From: Candidatus Altimarinota bacterium
GTDB lineage: Bacteria; Patescibacteriota; Gracilibacteria; BD1-5; UBA2023
Direction of reading: 5' to 3'
DNA: 64,000 nucleotides
Assembly (NCBI GenBank): GCA_043739785.1
Contig: JAYUDN010000001.1
Span: 37,392 to 101,391, forward strand
Part shown: positions 1 to 10,720 of the stretch, piece by piece
How positions within the stretch are numbered: position 1 is the first letter of the stretch
How the letters are laid out: each line of letters starts with the position of its first letter
The notes under the pieces: model-generated
What the model saw: the letters and a program-made list of their open reading frames with translations, nothing else
Databases searched by the model: none
Told to the model about the DNA's origin: nothing
Made by a program: the position numbers and the translations under genes

Positions 1-1
1 G

Positions 2-298
2 ACCAGCGACTTGCCGGTCGGCATCAGCGGCCCCGTGCTTCGGGAGCGCAGGAGCGGCCGCACGCGTGACTGCAGCCTGTCGGTGCTGATCCCGCGCTTC
101 GGCCAAAAGGCCCGTCGGCGTACCGTGTACATCGGTACCGAGAACACCTATACCCAAGCACGGCTTGATGCCGCTCTGGCCAAGGCCATTCGGATGCGTA
201 CCGACGCCGAAGAGGCCTACGAGGTGGCTACCACCCGTGCACGCCGTGCTGGTGCCCGTGAATACAAGGCGGCACTGAAGGCGGCGAAAGCCGCCTGA
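2..298 (+). CDS. 5'-truncated ORF of foreign, very GC-rich composition; Arg/Ala-rich product of unknown function
   Basis: Open from the window edge in the frame of track ORF 11..298. The first 60 nt are 45/60 G+C by direct count, while sequence after ~340 is AT-rich. It stops at TGA 296-298 under the standard code but would read on to TAG 380-382 under the code used by the rest of the window. Confidence 0.3.
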   Translation, partial: TSDLPVGISGPVLRERRSGRTRDCSLSVLIPRFGQKARRRTVYIGTENTYTQARLDAALAKAIRMRTDAEEAYEVATTRARRAGAREYKAALKAAKAA

Positions 299-424
299 GG
301 CAAGAAATGGCTTTCCCTCGGGAGAGGAAAGAGCCAATACGAATATAGATATAAAAATAAAAACTATAGAAATCATCCATAGATCCGTTCCTACAAGGAA
401 TGGTATCTGGGGAGACCCGATTTC

Positions 425-455
425 AGTCCGCCATACCGGCGGACTTTCGTTTTTT
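425..455 (+). terminator. Rho-independent terminator-like hairpin
   Basis: agtccgcc / ggcggact stem with a 5-nt loop, followed by a T-run (tttttt). Confidence 0.4.
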
Positions 456-568
456 AGCCACAAATTCTGTACCAGACTCATTGAAAAATACTATTGCATT
501 TTCCGAAATCGTATATATACTCCGCGAGAGTTCGGTATAATAGCATATCGAAGTACAATCAAACAAAG

Positions 569-626
569 GGTACACGACGAAATCTTCTAGATAGAACATA
601 CTTGCCCAGGTGGTGGAATTGGTAGA
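569..626 (+). repeat. 58-nt direct repeat, copy 1 (35-nt leader plus first 23 nt of tRNA-Leu)
   Basis: ggtacacgacgaaatcttctagatagaacatacttgcccaggtggtggaattggtaga is identical to 691..748. Confidence 0.9.
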
Positions 627-665
627 TGTGCGAAGACCTGGAGCGTAAGCGACTTGGTTAAAGCC
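604..665 (+). pseudogene. tRNA-Leu 5' fragment (acceptor 5' strand plus D-arm only)
   Basis: The first 23 nt match the intact tRNA-Leu at 726, then the sequence diverges. I could find no anticodon stem, T-arm or CCTGGGC 3' acceptor strand. Confidence 0.55.
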
Positions 666-690
666 ATACCCCCGAAGTGTAACGGAGAGG

Positions 691-748
691 GGTACACGAC
701 GAAATCTTCTAGATAGAACATACTTGCCCAGGTGGTGGAATTGGTAGA
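691..748 (+). repeat. 58-nt direct repeat, copy 2 (overlaps the 5' part of the intact tRNA-Leu)
   Basis: Identical to 569..626. Confidence 0.9.
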
Positions 749-810
749 CACGACGGTCTTAGAAGCCGTTGCCGTACGGTGTAAGAGTTCAAGTCTCTTC
801 CTGGGCACCA
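726..810 (+). tRNA. tRNA-Leu (anticodon TAG), type II, CCA encoded
   Basis: Cloverleaf read by eye: acceptor GCCCAGG/CCTGGGC, anticodon stem ACGGT/GCCGT with loop CTTAGAA, long variable arm, T-arm AAGAG-TTCAAGT-CTCTT, then ACCA. Confidence 0.85.
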
Positions 811-1019
811 CTAGAGTAATAAAGAATTGAAAATTAATAATGAATAATAAATAAGGAAAAGTTAATAATTGAAAATTATAAATTGAGAAAGTTTATAATC
901 TTGAGTTCTTAACACTCATGGTTTTCTTCTTCGCCACTAAAAAGCAGAAAGAGGCACTCGTACCCTTCTTCAATCCTGAAGATTGAGCGATTCGCACCTA
1001 CTCTTAACCCATTCTTTTT

Positions 1020-1238
1020 ATGAAGAAATCGATACACCCTGGTTTTAAAATGGTCAAAGTGACCTGCTCATGTGGAAACACTTTCGAAACCGGAAGCTCC
1101 GTCAAAGGAGAAGAAATACGTGTAGAAACCTGCTCTATGTGTCATCCGTACTATACCGGAAAAAAGACCCTTCTCAAAACGAGTTCCGTGGACAAGTTCT
1201 ACGCTCGCCAGAAAAAGACAGATTCCATCGGAAAATAA
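1020..1238 (+). CDS. rpmE: 50S ribosomal protein L31
   Basis: 72 aa with CSC...[11 protein letters not shown], the bL31 zinc-ribbon signature. Confidence 0.9.
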   Translation: MKKSIHPGFKMVKVTCSCGNTFETGSSVKGEEIRVETCSMCHPYYTGKKTLLKTSSVDKFYARQKKTDSIGK

Positions 1239-1241
1239 TCG

Positions 1242-1270
1242 AAAAATCCTCCAGAAATGGGGGATTTTTT
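1242..1270 (+). terminator. Rho-independent terminator after rpmE
   Basis: aaaatcctcc / ggggggatttt hairpin followed by a T-run. Confidence 0.6.
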
Positions 1271-1323
1271 ATAACTTTAGAAATTCTATCTTACAAAAGA
1301 TTGGAGTTCCTGCTTGAGGTGTA

Positions 1324-2319
1324 CTAATCTTTATTCGCGCTCTGTGCATTCATCACCTTATAAAAGAGCTGAGAAATCGGGTTGAGAACATTTCGAAGGT
1401 TTTCTCTGAGATCCAGGTAGTCACTCTGGATAAACTGGAGTAGGAGGTGGACCGAGTAGGTTCGCTCCATTTCGACGAAGGCCGTGATAGCGACGGGATA
1501 GGTACGTTTTGCGGAAGTGACTTCGCTCGCAATGTCTCGATTCATCTGGTCGAGCTGAAAGGCGACCTGAGCGGTATCCTTGGGACTCAGTGGCGCGGTG
1601 GAACTGATCGCTCGGAAGTCATTCATCTCTTTTTGCACCTTAGAAAAGTCGAGGTTTACATTTTTCTGGAGGTATTCGAGGTAGTATCGATAGTTGCAGT
1701 ACTGGTAAGAAGCCGTATCGAGGAGGCGAAGGCGCATCGGGATCGGGTTATTATTACTATCGACGACTTCGGTATTGCCATTGCAGGTCTGAAGCAGCTT
1801 ACGTTGATTCTCGAGCTTCGTGTTGAGTCCCTTGATTTTTGTAATAATCTCTGAATTTTTGTTTCCGAAGGTTTCATTGACCTGTACTACTTTCTCCGCT
1901 ATCCGTATCCTCGAAGAGAGCATCGCACAAGCAAAAACCGAGTTCATCTGAGAATTGTAGATCCCACGAGAAAGGCTCAATATATCGAGGGAGTAGTTAC
2001 TAGTTGGTGGTTGGTAGACTGGTTTTCCAGTTTTCTGGACATACTGTTCAAGGGCGATCTTCTTTTCTTCGACGGATGCAGAACTCATCTGGGGGTAGAC
2101 GACATTTGGACTATCGATGATCGCCGTCGAGAGCATCGAACCATTCGATATATTCCATGGAGCGAGTCCTTCTGGATCTTGCTTCATGCAGTAGTAATTC
2201 ACATTTTTCTGATAACAACCATAGGTGATATTCGCTTCATCAGTACAAGGCTCCGCGGCGAAAATACTCCTCGGGAGGAGTGCTACAATTATGAGGATGA
2301 AGGGGAGGAGGTACTTCAT
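1324..2319 (-). CDS. Secreted hypothetical protein, last gene of the T4SS-like block
   Basis: 331 aa with N-terminal signal peptide MKYLLPFILIIVALLPRSIFAAEP. Its start lies 2 nt downstream of the stop of the ATPase gene. Confidence 0.6.
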   Translation of the reverse strand: MKYLLPFILIIVALLPRSIFAAEPCTDEANITYGCYQKNVNYYCMKQDPEGLAPWNISNGSMLSTAIIDSPNVVYPQMSSASVEEKKIALEQYVQKTGKPVYQPPTSNYSLDILSLSRGIYNSQMNSVFACAMLSSRIRIAEKVVQVNETFGNKNSEIITKIKGLNTKLENQRKLLQTCNGNTEVVDSNNNPIPMRLRLLDTASYQYCNYRYYLEYLQKNVNLDFSKVQKEMNDFRAISSTAPLSPKDTAQVAFQLDQMNRDIASEVTSAKRTYPVAITAFVEMERTYSVHLLLQFIQSDYLDLRENLRNVLNPISQLFYKVMNAQSANKD

Positions 2320-2320
2320 A

Positions 2321-4744
2321 CTAGACGGCTCAGATACGGTAAATAATCTCTTTTTCTACAAATTCTCGTTCCCGACCATACTTCAGTCGAGAGAGTTCCT
2401 TGAGGGCGGCACCGATGGTTGGATCTCCTTTCTCGAGCCATGGACGAGGGACCGAGAGGCTAAATCCCTGGGATGGTTGTTCGTCGATAGAGAGGCGCAT
2501 CGCCGCATTGAACTTATCCATATTGAGAAAGTCCTGTTCAGAATAGAGAGGGGCAAACTGCTTCGCCATAAACTCGGCATCTTCTGGACCGATCTTGTAG
2601 CTCATCATCGTCCCGACGTTTCCGAAGATGGCATCCTTGAGGTTTAGCTGAGACTTCGTGAGGGCGTCAGATTTCTGAAGCTGACCGAGGTACTGGTGGG
2701 CTATGACGAGACCGAGTCGATACTTTCGAGCTTCTGAAAGGATAGACTCGATACTGTCGGTGACATAGTTCTGGAACTCATCGATATAGAGGAAAAAATC
2801 CTTTCGGAGCGTCTTGTCCATATTTTGTCGACGCATGGCGGCTATCTGTATCTTCGAGACGAGGACGAGTCCGAGCAGGGTCGAATTGAGGTCTCCGATA
2901 ATACCCTTCGAAAGCGAAACGAGGAGGATTTTTTCGTTATTCATGATATCTTCGATGTCGAAGGCACTTTTCGTCTGTCCGACAATATTTCGCATCATCG
3001 TGTTCGTGATGAACTGACCAAACTTCGCGGCAAAGTAGGGGATAATCTCCGCTTTTTCACGGTCTCCCATCTTCGCATAGGTATAATCCCACCAAGAACG
3101 AACAATCGGGTTTTTGAGAGTGGTGCGTCGTTCTCGCTGGAAGTTCTCATCAGTAAAGAGTCGTATGAGGTCAGTGATGGCTCATCCTTGAGGATAGTCG
3201 AGGAGGGTAAGGCATCCATTTCGGAAGTAGTCCTGGATTCGAGGACCGAATATCTCATTTCCGAAGAGTTTGATCATGATATTGGTAGCGTCGCCGACGA
3301 CCATCTGTTTCTCATCTTCACTTTTTGCCTCGAGGAGGTTGAGTCCCATAGGACGGCTCAGGTCTCCAGGATCGAAGTAGACGAGGTCCTCAGCTCGTTC
3401 GCGAGGGATGAAGTCGACAAGTCCTTTGGCGAAGTCACCATGGGGATCCATGACCGCGATACCTCGACCAGTGCGAATGTCTTGGCGAGCCATCACCGAG
3501 AGGATAGATGACTTTCCCGTACCGGTTTGTCCGATGACGTAGAAGTGTCGAAACCGATCTTCATTTTTCATATAGATCGCCTTTCGTTCGCCACGAAAGA
3601 TATTTTCTCCGAGGTAGAGACCTTCCTTCCCGACATTGATCGGCGCCTTGAGCACTTTGAACCGTTGCCAACGAATCTCAGGTTGCTTGTTGTACTTCGA
3701 GTGCGGAAAGTGAAAGAGGGTGGCGATTTCTTCACTATTGAGAACCGGAGATCCCTGCCACCAAGCGAATTGTCGGAAGATATAGTGTCTTATAAGGAGG
3801 GAAAGGGACTTTCGTTTGACGGGCTTGAACCGATTATAGGCCGGAGAGGCAAACTGAGAAAATGACGAAATAATATTGCCAAGCTGTCCATCGACATCGA
3901 CAGGATCATTGCCCGTGGTGACAATACGGATCACCATCGTGTATCCTGTTTTTTTTACTTTTTCTTTCATAAGGCCATCATCATCGATCGGTTCGGCTTC
4001 ATTTTCTTCTGGCTTGGATCCTCCTTTTTCCTCGTCTTGTGAACCAAATATCTCGATAAAACTCATAAGCCACTCGAGTGGATTCCATGAAATATACGAG
4101 TGGTGTCATTTCTCAGATTTTTTGATCTTTTTCTTAATACGCTCTTGCCAGTCATCATCGACGGGGCGCAAAAGGATCTGGATGGCACTGGATTCATCGC
4201 TTGAGAGCTTCGACAGCGCCGAAAGAATTCCATTCATACTATCCGTTTCGAGTTTCTGATAGGTACGTATCGGGAATGCGTAGGGTTTCTTGAGCTTCAT
4301 CATCTCTCCTCTGACGACGGATCGAGATTCGAAAATATTGACCTCTTCCGTCTCTTCGACGAACGCATCTGGATAGAACCCGACAATTTGTTTTTCTACG
4401 AGGTTCCGCGAGTGCTTCGGCACGACAATATAGAAGTAGATCTCACTCCCATGAGCGACATATTCGAGCGAAATATACTCTTGCCCGAGTATCCATCCCT
4501 TGATATTTCATGCATAGAGGTACTTCAGAGAGGCAAGGAGTTGTTCCATAATCGAGATCTGTTCACGAAAGTCCTTGATCGTTTCTTTTTTCTCATCAAG
4601 ATCACTATCCTTTCTGGCCATTGTGACACGGAGAAAGACCATATTGAGGGATCGCTTCAGATTCACCTTCCGACGTAAGTAGATAAATCAGAGGGTTAGC
4701 GCTATGACGGTCGAGATGATATAAAAAAGGAGTTCCGAGAGCAT
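2321..4744 (-). CDS. VirD4/TraD-like (T4SS coupling-protein-like) P-loop ATPase, membrane anchored, 807 aa
   Basis: Track ORFs 2330..3070, 3182..4066 and 4106..4423 share one frame and join through TGA codons at 2330, 3182, 4106, 4508 and 4688. N-terminal TM segment MLSELLFYIISTVIALTLGFIYL; Walker A GQTGTGKS; DPHGD; Walker B-like LYIDEFQN. True stop is TAG 2321-2323. Confidence 0.75.
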
Positions 4745-4777
4745 TCGAGACGAAGGTAATATAGGGGAGAAGGTACT

Positions 4778-5746
4778 TTAGCCCTTGAGGATAAAGAATC
4801 GAAAAATAGCATGACTTCCGACGAGGAGGATCAGACCGAGTGCGATATAGATAATCGTTCCCTTTGCTTTTTTGAGTTTTTCCTCATCTCCGGCAGATAT
4901 GAGGACGAGCCATCCTGCGTAGATAATAAGAATCACGGAAAGAAGCGCTAGAAACCCATTGAGGTAGTTCACAAAGTTTCCAAATATTCCGAGTGAGGCT
5001 TGCACATTGGGATCCTTGATCGCACAGTCACCAATAGTGACGAGGTTAAACGGTCCTACATTTTTACAGTCGGGCTGACCATAGACGAGTCGTATGAGCG
5101 TTTCTGGGATGCGTATGAGGATGAATCAGATGATACTGTAGATGAGGGTATTTTTTCATTTTTTGAATTTCTCCTCATCTCCACCACCGGTGACCATCGT
5201 GTAAAAAGCAAGAATCGACATCGCGATAAAGCCAAAGGCCGCGAGCATCTGGAGTACCTGTACAAATGGAGAAAAGATATTTCTCCAGAGTTTTCCCCCG
5301 AGTCCAGACCCGATGACTTCCGTAACGTCTCCGAGGATAAGCGTCGTCCATACCGTGTAGGCCACCTGCATCAACAGGATCCCGAGGGATACCCAGAGGA
5401 TATTTTGCCGCCATACCTTCACCTTCTCTTCGCTCGCATCGGAAAGGAGGAGCTTCATCACTCAGACGAGGAGAAATACCAGCGCGATAAAGATAAAGAA
5501 ATTCTTCACATTGTAGGCTATCACGACGACGAGGTCAGTGATCCCCTCGCCACCACCATTTCCAGGTCTGATAAAGGAAGCCAGGAGGGGACCGACAAAT
5601 TGTTCGAGGGTATCATTTCCCTTCCCGCTGTTGTTGACGACTCATCCACGAACATTGAGGGTGGCGTCATCGAGCGCCCAGACAGAGGGCGAAAAAATAG
5701 AAAAAAGTGAAACCAAGAATAACAATACGAGGAGAAGTTTTCGCAT
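4778..5746 (-). CDS. Triple tandem T4SS-pilin-like (TrbC/VirB2-type) fusion protein with signal peptide, 322 aa
   Basis: Track ORFs 4778..5005 and 5156..5461 are in frame and join through TGAs at 5126, 5156, 5462 and 5645. Signal peptide MRKLLLVLLFLVSLFSIFSPSVWA. Three repeats of TM - (S/G)(D/G)(A/D)(S/E)EEK.K(K/V) - TM. Confidence 0.7.
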
Positions 5747-5846
5747 AGAGGGAATTTACATAGATTCATTATATCTGAAGCCGGCGCGGAACGCAAATAT
5801 ACTGCAAAAAATTGTTGAACCTCAGGAGTTTTCCCGGCTGAATTTT

Positions 5847-8465
5847 CTATTTTTTTGTTGTAGGGATATTTTTCTTCTCATCTAATGGTTTTTTCTGAGA
5901 TCAAGAAGCACCGATTTCTCGCTCTTGGGCTCGTTTTTCTTTCATTTTTTCTTTGTACTCCATCTGCTCGGTATGGTAGCTTTTTTCTTCTTCAGAAATC
6001 TTGTGGGCGAAGTCGAAGATTTTTTTCTCGACAAATTTTCGATCTTTGGTGTATTTTTCCCGACTGACCCGCAGGAGGGTTTCTTTCGATTGTTCTTCCT
6101 TCACCTCGGTACGCTCATGCAGTGGACCAAACGTCGTCGCCGAGTAAACGGGAGAAGGCATCCCGTCGATCAGGAGCTTCGTATAGATATCGTACTTTCG
6201 AAGGTTGGTCAGGTCATGTGGGGTGATAATATCCTCTCCACCATACACTTCCGAAAGGGTCACCGCATCATGGTGTCAGACCTGAAAGGAGACCAGGGTT
6301 CCCACATTTCCAAATACCGCATCCTGAACCGTCTCCGGCATCTGAGCGATGTATTGGTTCGCCATCGTCAGAGAGAGCTTATACTTCCGAGCCTCTGAGA
6401 GGATGGTCGCAAAAGAATCGGTCGCAAAGTTCTGGAACTCATCGACATAGAGCCCGAAGTCACGTCGATCCTTCTCGGGAATATCCGCTCTGGTCATCGC
6501 TTCGATCTGGAATTTCGTGACCATCATCGCTCCGAGGAGAGCACTCGCATCTTCCCCAATTCGCCCTTTTGAGAGGTTCACGATAAATATCTTCCCATTG
6601 TCCATAATCCAGCGGAGGGAAAATGGATTTTTGGGCTGACCGAGGATATTGCGAAGGAGGGGCGAAGAAAGAAACTGTCAGACTTTGTTGAGAATCGGAT
6701 TGACGGCTTCACTCATCATGCTCGGACTCATAGCTGCAAATTCTCGTTCCCAGAATTGCACAAGGATAGGATCTGGAAGCTTTGCTACTATTTTTTTCCG
6801 GTACGATTCATGGGTGAGAATAAGTGGGATCGAGATAAGGGTCGTATCAGGGATGAATAGGAGCGTGAGGATCGTATTGCGGAGGATATACTCGAGTCGT
6901 GGTCCCCAGCTTTCCGCAAACATCTTCTTGAAGATAGACACGAGTCCACTCGCGACAATCGACCGAAGTTCGGGATCTGGATTATCGAGCATATTGAATC
7001 CAATCGGAAACTCTTTGTCAGATGGATCAAAGAGGACAATGTCATTGGTCCGAGATTTTGGAATATGCGCGAGGATGGTATCCGCGAGATCTCCATGGGG
7101 ATCGATAAGACCCACACCTCGACCCGAGAGGATATCGGAGTAGATCATATTTTCGAGGAGGGTTGACTTCCCCATACCGGTTTTTCCGATGATGTAGACA
7201 TGGCGGGCACGATCTATCGGCTTGATACCGAAGGGGATATCGGCCCCTCGAAAATTGGTATGACCCAGGGGGGTATGTGGGATCGAAGCATCGGGAAGGT
7301 TGTGAGGAGGCTCGAACCGACGGGTGAGGACCCAGTTAATCCCAGGAGTTTTCACATAGAGGGTCGGCATATGGACGAGACCCGCAAGCTCTACGGTATT
7401 GAGAATATGGGTTGGTCTTGGCTTCTGAGCTCGAAGGTGTTCATAACTCATCGAGGTCACTCATGATTTCATCGAAAAAGCATTTCCACCAGAATGGGAA
7501 AATATATTCATAGCTCCGGAGAGCTCCCTGAGGAGGAGACGGTCTTTGATTTCTTCCTTCTTTTCGATAGCGATAGCGACAGAGGTAGCGTATCCATACG
7601 TATCATTCTTTTTATCGATCGGTATTTTTTTATCACTGTGGTTGTTTGACTCCAAAGATTCCTCACTTTTGACTGTCAAAAACGAAAATATCCAACCGAT
7701 AACGAGGAGGGGAAAGAGGATGACTCTCAACCACCACCAGTTTCAGAGGATCCATTTCTTCACAAAGTCGGGGAAGATATGCGATGATCGAATACTGAGC
7801 ATGAGTGATTCTCTCCAAGAGTCTTTCACGGGGACAAAACCTATCTGAAGGAATGCAACCTCCTGTTTGGGAAGTTTGGTGAGTGCAGAAGTGATGCTCG
7901 AAAGGGGATCGATGGCGTCTTTTTCACTTCGATCCTTGAGTCCTCCATAGAGTTTGATCGTCGTGTTATCGGTATGTTCGAGGCGAACTGGCTGAACGAG
8001 GAGGATACTTTTGGTATCTATCAGGGGCTCGGTTCGAGAGATTTCAATATCTGGATAGTGGGCATAGAGCTGGCTTTCGAGAAATCCTGCAAATTCCGCA
8101 GGGGTATGCATAAGGAAACGAATGCGACCATCGCGGTGTATAATCTCGAACTGAAAGAGAGGAAACGGGCTTTTTTTCCAGAACTGCCACCACGGGTGTT
8201 TTAGAGAGGCTACATGATGGAGCGTCGAAAGCATCTGGGAAGCGACAAAGACTCACTTCTCATTCATACGATCAACCGCAATCTCGAGGGTAATGGGAGT
8301 TCCATCAGGTATGGTCGAAGCACCCAGTGTATGTTGTTTGAGATCTTCCCCGAGACTTCCCCCGCCAGAAGATTCCTCATGCCTCTGATACTTTCTCTGT
8401 GCCGAAAAATGATGTGGTTTCATGGAAATAACAAAAAAAGCAATATCTTCCGATGATACTATCAT
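5847..8465 (-). CDS. Second VirD4/TraD-like P-loop ATPase, 872 aa (paralog of 2321..4744)
   Basis: Six track ORFs (5901.., 6276.., 6678.., 7461.., 7743.., 8253..) share one frame and join through TGAs. Walker A GKTGMGKS; DPHGD; LYVDEFQN. N-terminal FQFEIIHRDGRIRFLMHTP...YAHYPD domain, then TM segment WWWLRVILFPLLVIGWIFSFL. Stop is TAG 5847-5849. Confidence 0.75.
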
Positions 8466-8616
8466 ATTTTAGAAAAAAATACAACGAATCTTGGTTGTCA
8501 TTTATCCCTTCATAGATATACTAGGATTCACAAACATTGATAAGAGTGAAGACCGAGTTATTTCCTGACAAAGAAAGCCAGAGCTGAGAGCACAAGACCT
8601 CCTATAAACATCAACC

Positions 8617-9285
8617 ATGAATCCTATACAAATCCCATCAGAGTGCGATACTATTACCCTTCAGTCTGCGGTTTATATCGATACCTCACCATCAGAATCT
8701 ATCGATATCACCATTGGCGACGGGATAGCATGCTCCTATTTTTTATATAATACTGGAGGCGCTAAGAAGCGGACCTTTTCGCTCGCTTCCGGATCTCGGA
8801 TCGAACTACGAGGCATTATTATATGAACAAATGTTGAATCACAATTGTCATTTATCATAGAATGAACAAATATTAAAGCCCATATGGATATCCTTGCTTT
8901 TGCCAAAAACGATGCAAAACTCGTGGTAAAAGGAAATGCCACTGTCCTCCCAGGATCTCGAGAGGTCGATGTCCGTGTAGATCAGACGAATATCCTAGTC
9001 GGGACGAATGCACAGGTTCGTGGTTTGCCCATCCTCGAAGTGGCTACTGATGACGTCATCGGGGGGCATAGCTGTAAGATGCATCGAATTTCATGAGAAG
9101 GACTTTTCTACCTCGAATCGCACGGGATCGATACGAAGCATGCGGAGATTATGCTCATACAGAGTGAAATCTGGAAACGACTCCAGATTCTCCAAGGCAC
9201 GGAAGAGGCAGCCCAGTTCTGTGCCGAGATTTTTGATCAGCTTCGAGAGGGAAGTAGTATTATGACACCAGTTTGAGGAGTATAG
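8617..9285 (+). CDS. Short SufB/SufD-family (FeS assembly) protein, 222 aa
   Basis: 8617..8826 and 8884..9096 join through TGAs. ILEVATDDV.GGHSCKMHRISGEGLFYLESHGID...AE.ML resembles the SufBD C-terminal motif. Confidence 0.55.
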
Positions 9286-9390
9286 TGAGCTTGCTTTTCC
9301 GGAGAAAATACGTATTTTTGTATCCAATCAAATACGACTCTAAACAATGATCGTTTCCCATTTGCCCCATTATCTAGCGTAATTTTGCCT

Positions 9391-9651
9391 ATGAAAGTCC
9401 AAGTCTGCCGAGGAAAATCCTGTACGGAACGACACTCCGCCTATATCACGACTCGGCTTCAGGCTGACCGAGGATTTTATAAATATCCCGAGTCTCTCGA
9501 AATCGAAGATTGTTTCTGCCAGGGACGCTGCAAGGAAGGATCGACCGTCGTGTTTGATGGAGATGTCCAGATCCATATGAATCCCATCAAGGCAAGTGAA
9601 ATGCTTCGAAAAAAGGTCGAAGAGTGGAAGCGACAAAATAAGTTTAAATAG
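9391..9651 (+). CDS. Thioredoxin-like [2Fe-2S] ferredoxin-like protein
   Basis: Cys pattern CRGKSC ... CFCQGRC followed by GSTVVFDG, resembling NuoE-type 2Fe-2S ferredoxins. Confidence 0.45.
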   Translation: MKVQVCRGKSCTERHSAYITTRLQADRGFYKYPESLEIEDCFCQGRCKEGSTVVFDGDVQIHMNPIKASEMLRKKVEEWKRQNKFK

Positions 9652-9652
9652 A

Positions 9653-9826
9653 ATGGAATCACCACATATTCCTATAGATTTGAATAGGGAACATCCTAAT
9701 CCGACAGCGGACTGGCTTATCCGTATCATTGAATCAATCCCTACTCCCAGAGGTTATCGGAGAGCTCGGGAGTTGCTTGAGTATATTTGACCGAAAATTT
9801 CGGAACTTCTTAAAAAAAATCACTAA
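9653..9826 (+). CDS. Small hypothetical protein (57 aa)
   Basis: ATG-initiated ORF with one in-frame TGA, packed tightly between the ferredoxin gene and era. Confidence 0.3.
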
Positions 9827-9830
9827 TACC

Positions 9831-10715
9831 ATGCCAAAAGTCTGATATGTCGCCATCGTCGGTCGACCCAATGCCGGAAAATCTACGCTTCTCAATGCCC
9901 TGATCGGTGAAAAGATTAGTGCGATTTCACACCGTCCCCAGACCACCCAGCGAAGTATCCCTGGGATTTATACGGACGCAGAAGAAACCCTGCAGATCAT
10001 ATTCCTCGATACTCCGGGAATCCATAACTACTCCGGAGAACAGTTCGGTAGCCCGAAGTCGCACGATATCAACGAACGTATCAATTCGCAGGCATTTGCC
10101 TCACTGAGAGAAGCGGATGTGATCCTGAGGCTCCTTGACCCCACTCGACCCTATGGTGAAGAAGATACCCGGATTGATGCGATGCTTGAGACGATATCGA
10201 AGCCAATTCTGAGAATCGAGACCAAACAAGACCTCGAGACGAAGAGCTATCCCCAGAAGGGAGTTGACCTCCGTATAGACTCGGTAGCGAAGCTCGGATT
10301 TCGGGAACTTCTTGAGCGCGTATCGTCCCTCCTTCCTGAGTGACCACTCCTCTACGGTTCGGACTATTATACGGATCAGGCGATGGATCTCCGGATCGCA
10401 GAAGTCATACGCGAACAGCTCTTTCTCGAACTCGGTGATGAAATCCCATATGCCTGTTATGTCGAAGTATCCCAGATCGAAAATGAACAATCAGACCTCC
10501 TCAAGATGCAAGTCTATATCAATGTGGAATCGGATTCACAAAAGATAATCGTCATCGGGAAGTGAGGGAAGAAGATACAAACCATCGGAACCAACGCCCG
10601 TCTTCTTCTCGAAGAAATTTTCGAAAAAAAGGTATTTCTCGCCCTTCGTGTCAAAGTTATGAAAAACTGGCGAAAGAATGAGAAGGTCCTAGATAAGGTA
10701 TTCCCGAAGCGATAA
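9831..10715 (+). CDS. era: GTPase Era
   Basis: MPKV(G)YVAIVGRPNAGKSTLLN, DTPG and a KH-domain C-terminus IGK(G)GKKIQTIG. Three in-frame TGAs, each at a Gly position of the family. Confidence 0.9.
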
Positions 10716-10720
10716 AAACT

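Noticed and set aside
604-690. Second functional tRNA-Leu, or an intron-containing tRNA
   Set aside because: Only the first 23 nt are tRNA-like. I found no anticodon stem, T-arm (GTTCRA) or complementary 3' acceptor strand before the intact gene starts.
2825-3511. 228-aa plus-strand ORF (and similar ones at 3527..3865, 5000..5710, 6649..7143)
   Set aside because: These lie antisense to the ATPase and pilin genes. They are acidic, low-complexity products with no motifs, whereas the minus strand carries Walker A/B motifs in one continuous code-25 frame.
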